A DNA stretch of 64,000 nucleotides from a virus. Taxonomy: Duplodnaviria; Caudoviricetes. The notes under the pieces were generated by a model that worked only from the letters and a program-made list of their open reading frames with translations, ran no database searches and was not told where the DNA came from. This document shows, one piece after another, positions 20,440 through 28,800 of this stretch (positions within the stretch are counted from its first letter, which is position 1; every line of letters begins with the position of its first letter). The position numbers were made by a program, and so were the translations under genes. The stretch spans positions 2,209 to 66,208 of IMG/VR virus record IMGVR_UViG_3300029983_000020. The stretch is one strand, 5' to 3'.

Positions 20440-21657
20440 ATGAACTTAACACATGCTGAAGAATTCGATTGGAACATGTATGCAGATGGATACACGGGTG
20501 CAAACCGCTTGCTGCAAAACAAAACAATCAGGACATCCGAAAAGGATAAAGTTTTTTCCAGAGAGCCATATGCTCAAGAATTATTAAACATTTTTACTGG
20601 TCATAAATCTGAAGTAGTAAGAAAAGATTTAACTCAAGGTGATGTTGTAAAAATTGCGGACATTTACAATATTCACGGAAATCTCATCGATATTGAATTG
20701 GTTGGTGGCCTTACAGTTACTGTCGATTTAGCAAGAGAGAAGAAATTCTTACAAATTTTTGGTTACACATCACCAATAGAATTTATTAACGTTGTCCGTA
20801 ATAAAGAAATTTTAAAAGAATTTCTTGGAAAAGGTTTAAATGCCTATATTATAGAAGCGACTCCTTCAGTAAAAATTTCATTATGGCAAGGACATCTCAA
20901 ATCTGTTAGAGATGAATTTATGGAAGAGATTAAAAATCCGTCAAAAGCTTACACTGCTAAAATTGTAGAAGCTAATAAGGGTGGATTCTTCGTAGAAGTA
21001 CAAGGAATTGATGCATTTATGCCAGGTTCACTTGCAGCTCCTAATAAAATTATTGATTTCCAATCATATATTGGTAAAGAAATAATTGTTATGATTGAAG
21101 ACTTTTTAAAAGAGATGAATTCGTTTATCGTTTCTCATAAAAAATATCTTACTCATATTCTTCCAAGTAAAATTCAAGAATTGGACTTATCTATACAACA
21201 TGAGGGTATCGTTACTGGTTGTTCTAAATACGGGATATTTATTGAATTTGGAGAAATTTTTACAGCATTATTGCATGTTTCAAAAATGAGTACTGAAATT
21301 AAAGCTTTATTCAATGAAAGACAAGTTTTAGCTGGAGATAAAATTAAATTTTACATTTCCGAAATTACAAAGGATAATCGTATAATCGCAACTACTGAAA
21401 GCCCTGAAGAAAAACTTCATAAGATTCAATCATTTATTTTAAATTCAAAGGATGCAATTCTTGAATCTTCAATAGCGGCAATAATGAATTTTGGAGTAAT
21501 TGTAAATCTTGGAGAAATAAACGGACTCATACCAATTAGAGAATTTAAAAAGAATAAAATAATGATAAATAATTTCATTATCGGAGAAAAACTAAATGTT
21601 TTATTTGACGAATTTAAAGATGACCGCATAATTTTTATGCTTCCATCTAAAAAATAA
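20440..21657 (+). CDS. rpsA: Phage-encoded 30S ribosomal protein S1 homolog (multiple S1/OB domains)
   Basis: ANKGGFFVEVQGIDAFMPGS, FIVSHK, GIVTGCSKYGIFIEFG...ALLHVSKM and FGVIVNLGEINGLIP are S1 repeats; N-terminal EEFDWNMYADG resembles the Bacteroidota bS1 N-terminus. Confidence 0.85.
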   Translation: MNLTHAEEFDWNMYADGYTGANRLLQNKTIRTSEKDKVFSREPYAQELLNIFTGHKSEVVRKDLTQGDVVKIADIYNIHGNLIDIELVGGLTVTVDLAREKKFLQIFGYTSPIEFINVVRNKEILKEFLGKGLNAYIIEATPSVKISLWQGHLKSVRDEFMEEIKNPSKAYTAKIVEANKGGFFVEVQGIDAFMPGSLAAPNKIIDFQSYIGKEIIVMIEDFLKEMNSFIVSHKKYLTHILPSKIQELDLSIQHEGIVTGCSKYGIFIEFGEIFTALLHVSKMSTEIKALFNERQVLAGDKIKFYISEITKDNRIIATTESPEEKLHKIQSFILNSKDAILESSIAAIMNFGVIVNLGEINGLIPIREFKKNKIMINNFIIGEKLNVLFDEFKDDRIIFMLPSKK

Positions 21658-21686
21658 TCATCACTGCAATTTGCTACACCAACAAT

Positions 21687-21719
21687 CAAAAGGAGCTCTA
21701 TGTTTTTAGGCTCCTTTTG
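21687..21719 (+). terminator. Intrinsic terminator after the S1 gene
   Basis: Stem CAAAAGGAGC...GCTCCTTTTG. Confidence 0.7.
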
Positions 21720-21723
21720 TCGT

Positions 21724-21739
21724 GAATATATAGAATAAA
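21724..21739 (+). promoter_or_regulatory. Putative late promoter GAATATATAGAATAAA
   Basis: Recurrent motif, ~8 nt before the ATG at 21748. Confidence 0.55.
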
Positions 21740-21747
21740 TCATAAAT

Positions 21748-23085
21748 ATGGATCTTACTCAATTTAGGTGTGCGGGTGTTTATGGAATGATTCCGAAAAG
21801 AGAAGGAACTATGTGGTATCCAGAGGGAACAGTTTTTATAAACCCTGATATTCCACCCACTCCTCCCCCTTATCTTACTCTCAGATTAACCTTTGATAAT
21901 AGTGTGAATATGCCTATTGCCGACATAAATTCTTTAAATGATTGGAATGTGTATTTAAATTTACCTGCATATGGTACGGAATTCACTAATCTTAATATAG
22001 CATTCCCGGGCGTAGATGTACAATACGGTTCATTATATAATCAATATGTATTGTCAAATCCTAAAGGATTCGTAAAATCTGGATGGAGAGTATTAACTGA
22101 AATAGATTGGGCCTTTTTGATGTTAGGCGGCGGTGGCGCTCCCGTAGCAGGTTTAACGTTGAAAGAATCGGGTACAGATTATTGGACAGGTCCAAACACT
22201 GATGCTTCTAATGGATTCGGATTTAATGCTCGTGGAACTGGCCAAGTAATGTCAGGAGTATTTGCAAATATAAAGAATTCAGCTATATATTGGGCTGCCG
22301 GTATTAATTTCGAAAGAGTAGCTGAAATTGATGCAAATTATGAAGTGGCTTACATGACCGACAGTTTTTTATACATTGATGCTTCACAGGGCCATGCCGT
22401 TAGAATAAGAAAAAATACAACAACTTTATTAAATGGAGAAACTGGAACTTATATACAAAATGACGGGGTTATTTTACCCACAATATGTATAAATGGAATT
22501 GAATATCTTGCTTGTGATCTTATTGAAAGCAAATACAATGATAATTCTTCGATTACATTAGTAAGTAATATGCCATCGTGGAACAGTGCCACTGAAGCCA
22601 TGTGTTATTATGCTTTTAATATCGATAATGCATATTTAAATCAATGTATAACAGAATTGTCCGGTGGAAATTTAACTGATTTTATTGTTACAGACACGAG
22701 TAGTTTAATGATTGTAGAAAATATTAATTTATTTACAGATCTTATAGGAGTTTTGTTAACAAATAATCGACCACTTACAGAAATTCCTATTTTAAGCGGA
22801 TTGTCTAATTTAAAAAATTTATACATAGATTATCTTCCCAATATAAGTAACGGTATGGTTGATGTCACTGATTTAGTATCATTAGAAAAACTTGAAATGC
22901 AAGCAAGCCTCTTTGATCAGACTGATTTAGATTCAACTCTTGCCACATTAACTAGTGGCGGCATATCAAGATTTAGTCATTTAAATGAAGTTGATTTACG
23001 AGTTTTAAATGGAATTGTTCCCACCCCCTCAGTTAAATCAGATTTCATAGCAGCATATCCGACAGTGGTTTTAAAAACAAATTAA
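21748..23085 (+). CDS. Protein with an inserted, circularly permuted Fib_succ_major (FISUMP) domain and C-terminal leucine-rich repeats
   Basis: YGSLYN..GWRV..LKESGTDYWTGPNTDASNGFGFNARG...GHAVRIRK...TICINGIEYLA...MCYY, then LxxLxxLxxL repeats (LSGLSNLKNLYI, TDLVSLEKLEM). Confidence 0.75.
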   Translation: MDLTQFRCAGVYGMIPKREGTMWYPEGTVFINPDIPPTPPPYLTLRLTFDNSVNMPIADINSLNDWNVYLNLPAYGTEFTNLNIAFPGVDVQYGSLYNQYVLSNPKGFVKSGWRVLTEIDWAFLMLGGGGAPVAGLTLKESGTDYWTGPNTDASNGFGFNARGTGQVMSGVFANIKNSAIYWAAGINFERVAEIDANYEVAYMTDSFLYIDASQGHAVRIRKNTTTLLNGETGTYIQNDGVILPTICINGIEYLACDLIESKYNDNSSITLVSNMPSWNSATEAMCYYAFNIDNAYLNQCITELSGGNLTDFIVTDTSSLMIVENINLFTDLIGVLLTNNRPLTEIPILSGLSNLKNLYIDYLPNISNGMVDVTDLVSLEKLEMQASLFDQTDLDSTLATLTSGGISRFSHLNEVDLRVLNGIVPTPSVKSDFIAAYPTVVLKTN

Positions 23086-23102
23086 AATTTTTTACTTAAG
23101 TA

Positions 23103-23125
23103 GAAGGAGCTTCAGGCTCCTTTTG
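23103..23125 (+). terminator. Intrinsic terminator
   Basis: AAGGAGC-TTCAG-GCTCCTT followed by TTG. Confidence 0.65.
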
Positions 23126-23129
23126 CCGT

Positions 23130-23145
23130 GAATATATAAAACAAA
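23130..23145 (+). promoter_or_regulatory. Putative late promoter GAATATATAAAACAAA
   Basis: Recurrent motif just upstream of the ATG at 23153. Confidence 0.6.
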
Positions 23146-23152
23146 CATATAA

Positions 23153-24568
23153 ATGAGACATGCAAAGCACTACAGCATTCTTGAAGTTTTGAATTTCTCG
23201 GATGTTGGATTAATTTTTCAATTTTATTGTACAAAAGATGCAAATTTTATTGTAGATGATTTATCACGCTTAACAGGAAAAAATGTTATTCTTACAAATG
23301 AAAATCATTATGACCCATCTTTTGCAAATGCTATACTTTTAAAAGAGTATAACGCAACCCGTGCTCGATATAATTTCCATATTGCTCCTCAGAATTATCA
23401 TTCAATCATACCTATATTAAATGAAGTCTCTGGATGGCTTTCCAGTAACTGTGAGACTACTTTGGATACGCAGTTAAAGGTATCTTTATCCTTTGATAAT
23501 CATCACTTAGATACACTTAAAAGCATTTCTAATATGCAACCAAGTAGAATGGTTTTAAAATTTGATGAGAATTTTGTTTATCAAAGATTTCCAAATCAAA
23601 AGGGCTCTCCCTATGCTTTATCTGTTAAAACTCTTGCGCCTATCACTTATTATGTAAATGAGTCAGGAATAGAAAAAAATATAAGCATGATTTTAAACAC
23701 TCCTTATTCCAAATTTTATGGAATAGATTTTTCAAAATATACTCAAGGAATTTTGGAATGTAATTACATTGGAGGAAAAGATTATGCATCAAAACCCGCC
23801 GATATAAAAACTATTTTAGAATATTTTATTGTAAAAGCATATCAAAGTATTAATGAAGAAGATACTACTGAATTCGAAAGATATGAATTATCAAGACTAA
23901 CTGAAAATTTTGATAATATGCAAATGGCTTATTACGATCCAGACATATTTTTGAAAGAATTCGCTAAACTAAAAGTATTTGTTGATTTAAAGGCTTCTGT
24001 TCAAACATTGAAAACGTATTGGAACAACGTTAGAGGGCCACTGTTTGAAATGATAGTAGGCGGAGGATTAAGAGAAGGACAATTTAATTATGATACCGAG
24101 TTAGGAAGATTTCAATTACGAAAAGGAACACTTTATAGTAGCATGACAAAGAACGTGGATTTGGTTTCGTGTAATTTATCAGGTGTATATGAAAATTGCA
24201 CATTTACAAGTTGTCAAGTTATTAAGGCACGTTTGTATAACGCAAAAGTTATAAGTAACAACAAAATTTCTGAATCATATCTTGGAGGAGTTACTGCAAA
24301 TAGTGGTAATGAAATTATAGATTCATTTGTTGAAAACAATGAAGAAATGGTAAATTGCAAAATCACAAATAGTGTGGTTAAATTTGCTACTCTTGGAAAA
24401 AATCTTAAAGTAGATGAATCAAGTACAATAGTTGTTATGAATACTCCACTTCCAAAGAAAACTGAAGCAGTGAATATTGAAAAAATAAGAGATTATACGT
24501 TTATAAAAAACATGAAACAATCCGTAGACACCGGTTTTCAAAATTTATATATTAGAAAAAAAATGTAA
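23153..24568 (+). CDS. Amidoligase-like protein, apparently catalytically degenerate, with C-terminal beta-helix-like repeats
   Basis: KFYGIDF...ILECNYIGGKDY resembles the amidoligase KY..IN...LEFR region; the usual G.E.E and H.H/N motifs read GLIFQF and LKVSLSF. Confidence 0.45.
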   Translation: MRHAKHYSILEVLNFSDVGLIFQFYCTKDANFIVDDLSRLTGKNVILTNENHYDPSFANAILLKEYNATRARYNFHIAPQNYHSIIPILNEVSGWLSSNCETTLDTQLKVSLSFDNHHLDTLKSISNMQPSRMVLKFDENFVYQRFPNQKGSPYALSVKTLAPITYYVNESGIEKNISMILNTPYSKFYGIDFSKYTQGILECNYIGGKDYASKPADIKTILEYFIVKAYQSINEEDTTEFERYELSRLTENFDNMQMAYYDPDIFLKEFAKLKVFVDLKASVQTLKTYWNNVRGPLFEMIVGGGLREGQFNYDTELGRFQLRKGTLYSSMTKNVDLVSCNLSGVYENCTFTSCQVIKARLYNAKVISNNKISESYLGGVTANSGNEIIDSFVENNEEMVNCKITNSVVKFATLGKNLKVDESSTIVVMNTPLPKKTEAVNIEKIRDYTFIKNMKQSVDTGFQNLYIRKKM

Positions 24569-25140
24569 TGAAAGCAAGATTTGTATATGAGAGCTTGAGT
24601 ATTGATCAGCTTCATCGAAACAATCGATCAAAAATCGATCTTATGGAAGTTGACAAAGCCTACCACTGGATGACAGAGGGTAAGTTCTTCGATGCGTGTT
24701 ACTCTGACTTTGAAGGTAACTCAGGAAAGTATTGTTTAAAGAAAGGCGTAATGCCTCCTTTGCCTACACCTAAGTATGAAATAGGATACGAAAGTGAGAA
24801 CAATACATGTCTAACAGTCGATCCAACATACTTTGATCCATGTTTCAACGAAGACGGTATATGTGTTGTCCTTGACATGAAAAAGCTTATAGCTAACAAT
24901 AAGATAGAAGAAGACCTCACAGACAATGGAGAGGCTGAGTTTCGGACAAAGCCTATAAAGAACTGGCCTAATTACATCATTGAGATTAACATACTCGAAA
25001 AAACATATTTGAGGGGTGGTGGTTGGGAAGAATTTCGTTTCAGACCGATAAAAGACTGGCTCCCAGAAGAATTAAATTCAAAGGTAGTTACTTTTAAAAA
25101 CAAACGAGAGTTACAAAGAATGAGAATGCAAAATAACTAA
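24568..25140 (+). CDS. Hypothetical head-targeted protein, possible ADP-ribosyltransferase fold
   Basis: N-terminal MKARFVYE|S leader; YHW...CLT.D...VVLD.KKL...EAE pattern; DNA visibly more GC-rich than its neighbours. Confidence 0.4.
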   Translation: MKARFVYESLSIDQLHRNNRSKIDLMEVDKAYHWMTEGKFFDACYSDFEGNSGKYCLKKGVMPPLPTPKYEIGYESENNTCLTVDPTYFDPCFNEDGICVVLDMKKLIANNKIEEDLTDNGEAEFRTKPIKNWPNYIIEINILEKTYLRGGGWEEFRFRPIKDWLPEELNSKVVTFKNKRELQRMRMQNN

Positions 25141-25144
25141 AAGG

Positions 25145-25879
25145 ATGCTAAAAGAAGAATTTATTGAATATGTAAATGGAGAAATAACGGCAAGTTGCAG
25201 TATACCATTTTCAGTTCCACCAAAGGAATTAGAACGTATTATGAAAATTGAATCTGAATGGATGTACAGAGAATATCGTGACGCAGTTCAAGATGGTTGG
25301 TATGTGCTTGATAAAAGATATTATAACACGCCTCAATGGAAAGCTACGAGGACGTATCAGTTGCCTGATTGTGTAATGGCCATAAAATTATGTATTGAAA
25401 TGACTTCTGGCCAGAGAGTTTTTGGTATTCATGACCCCGATATGTCATTTGATAGATTAATGGCAGCTGACCTTTATCTTACTCCTCTTTCTTCTGACCA
25501 AATTGCGTATAGAACAATTCAATGGAGTTTTTGGGATTTAGCAAAGCAATTTAATTTAAAAGATATTCAGCATCATTTTAGTATCAATACAAAACGTTTA
25601 ATTATAACTGGTAGAGACCCTGCTGAATCTCTTTGGCTTACTACACAGAATAAAATTCCAATTGAAGATTTATATGATGACCCTGTATTTATAAAATGGG
25701 TCATAGCAAAAGCTAAAATTCAATTAGCTAGAATAATCGGTACATTTAATTATACTCTTATTGGAGGAATTCAAATTAATTACGCTGATATTCGTGCAGA
25801 AGGCCAAGCAGAATTAACCGAGCTAAAAGATAAGATAAAAACTGATAACGCTGCTGACTGGTTTCTTCTTTTTAATTAA
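25145..25879 (+). CDS. Neck protein (T4 gp13-like head-tail adaptor)
   Basis: C-terminal AKAKIQLARIIGTFNYTLIGGIQINYADIRAEGQAELTELKDKIK matches the gp13 K.Q.G..L...LPGGV..N...I..EA..E...L motif. Confidence 0.75.
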   Translation: MLKEEFIEYVNGEITASCSIPFSVPPKELERIMKIESEWMYREYRDAVQDGWYVLDKRYYNTPQWKATRTYQLPDCVMAIKLCIEMTSGQRVFGIHDPDMSFDRLMAADLYLTPLSSDQIAYRTIQWSFWDLAKQFNLKDIQHHFSINTKRLIITGRDPAESLWLTTQNKIPIEDLYDDPVFIKWVIAKAKIQLARIIGTFNYTLIGGIQINYADIRAEGQAELTELKDKIKTDNAADWFLLFN

Positions 25880-25894
25880 AAAATAAATTTATAA

Positions 25895-28800
25895 ATGCAA
25901 AAACTTTTTGAATCTCCTGATGGAATAAATGGTCTTCGATGGAATTCCTCTGACTCTAGATGTTTTGGAGTGTATGATGGAAAATTGTTAATTTCTGATA
26001 AACCCGTGTCTCATGAGGATTTGAAATTTGAAGAAAACTTAAAAGACATACGAAAAAATGGGTTAACCTTCAACAGGCACACATTTGAATATGCTGGAAG
26101 ATTGTGGTTATCCGGGAAAGTAATTTCTTTTTGGGAATATCCTGATAGAGATATGCTTAAAAAACTTATATCAGAAATTGAACAGTATTTCGATATTAAT
26201 ATATGGGATAATCCTGAATGGAAAATAGAAATTATAGTCGATAAGTACAATAATATTCAAAAAGGTTATAAAGACGAAGTTAAAGTTATTCATAAATTAA
26301 TACCTATAAAATCATATTTAGCTAGCAAAAATCAATCTGAAGAAGATTTTAATAAAGAACATACTACATCTCCAATGAATAAATCTGAAAAAGAAGTTAC
26401 GACTGGTTTTGGGTCAAAACATCCAAAGTCCGAAGAACGTTTTAAAACTAAAATGCAAGCACCATTTGAGTCATACTATCCAAGATTAAATGAATCACCA
26501 GATAACTGTGCGTTACCGCCTAATGCGAAATGTGCAGAAGATGGCGAACAAGAATTATCATTTAGAAATAGTGAAGCTTTGTCATTTGGATATTATAAAA
26601 ATAAATTTTATATAAGTGATCCTGGCGGAAAACATTATGAAATTGAAACTAAACAGGGGCATCAAACCCGCATAGATTATAAATTTGCTGGCAGAATATG
26701 GACTAATCATAAAATACTTTCATTTTGGGACTATCCTTCAAAAACTGAATTTCAACAGTTTGCAAGAGATTTAAAAAAACATACTACTAGTCCCGGAACT
26801 CCTGGAATCGATATATTAAATGACCCTGATTATTTAGTAGAGATTGTCCGCAATGATGAAGATGAAAAAATCTTAGATGGACAAGCATGGTACAGCAACG
26901 AAACACATACTGATCTTATATCACCTAAAGATTATATGGGAAGCGATGAAAGATCAAAAGAAGAAATTGAAAAACAGCATGTTATTTCGCCGTTATTAAA
27001 AAAACAAAAAGAGGTGCCTACTGGTTTTGGGTCAAAACATCCAAAAGCTGAGGAACGTTTTAAAACTAAAATACAAGCCCCATTTGAAAATGTGGAAGAA
27101 AAACATTATCCACGATTATTTGAAAATCCTAATGCAATTTATGACACAGAAACTGGTAAAACTGCTATGTACAATAAAGATGCAATGCCATTCTGGTATA
27201 TGGGTGACATAATGCACGTTGGCGGTATTGGGTCAACTCATGACACTAGACTCAATTATGCTGGTAGATTATTTTTCACGCAAAAAATCATAACATTTTG
27301 GCATTTTCCAGAAAATAAAGCAGTGCTAAATAAAGTGTTAAGTGATATTGAAAAACGTTTAAATAAAACTGGAAAAAGAGATATTAATTTTAAAAGAGAT
27401 GGTTGGAAAATTGAAATTCCTGCCGATGACATTTTTCAAAAAATGAAAAATGGAGATAGTAGCAATGATAAAAATTGGGGTAACTGGTCGCCATCTGTAA
27501 CTGAGCAAAAATTTATCGATATTGACGATTATAACGGTGAATACGAACGATCCACAGATGAACTTAAACAGGATCATGTCATATCTCCCCTTCTTAAAAA
27601 GTATAAAATTGTACCTATTGGCGTAGGTTCAAAACATATAAATGTTGAACAAAAATTTAAAGAAAAAATGCAAGCTCCATTTGAATCGTACTATCCAAGA
27701 TTAAATGAATCACCGGATATTATAAATGTAGATGGCAAATTTTATCAATACAACGAAAAAATTACGATACCCTTTTCTGTTACAGTAAACGATAATAAAA
27801 TTGTTGATGTGAAGGTAGGTGCATGTGCAAAATCACACGGAGACGCAAAAATACAATATAATTCCAGAATTAATTTTTATCAACAATATCATGGTAGGCT
27901 TTATACTACACCTAAAGTAATTACTTTTTGGAAATATCCGGAAAAATCAGATATGGTTATAATTATACGCATGATTGAAAATAAAATAAAGAAGAAAATA
28001 TTTGGAAATAACTGGCGTTTAGAATTTTATAATTTTGATATCGAAAATGAAAATAATAGCACATTTGTTTCTATTGATGAATATCTTAAAAATGATATGA
28101 AATCTGAAGATGTTTCAGATAAAGAATATCAGGAACACTTAAAATCACCTTTATTAAAAAAACAAAAAACCGTGCCAATTGGTTTTGGCTCTAAACATCC
28201 CGAAGCTGAACAGAAATTTAAGGAAAAAATGAATGCTCCTTTTGAGTCATATTACCCACATTTAAACGAATCCCCAGATGAGATATCGGCTGGTAAATAT
28301 AAAGGAATGGATTGGTATATGTCAGCCAATAACGCATTTGGCTATGTAAAAGGGAAATTTGTAATTACTCCAAATGAAGGAAAACACCTCGATATGGAAC
28401 CGGGTTCTAGACGTTCAATTGGATATCCAGGAAGAATTTGGCCAGAACTAAAAATTATTTCATTTTGGACATACCCGCCAAACAAAAAGGAATTTAAAAA
28501 AGTTATAGATGATTTAATTGAGGCTACTAATATCAATATATGGAATGATCCTGCTTGGAAAGTTGAAATAATTAAAAATAAAAAAACTGGAAAAGAAATT
28601 GACGGATTAGAAAATTTTGAAGAAGGCTTAACTTATGGTGCCTGGGCTGAGTCTTGGAAAGCAAAGTCATCTATTGTGAATGTGAAGAATTACACTGGAA
28701 GCGAAGATCAATCTGAAGAAGCTCAGAATAAAGAACATGTCATTTCACCTTTATTAAAAAATCAAAAAGAAGTTCCGGCTGGTTTTGGTTCTAAACATCC

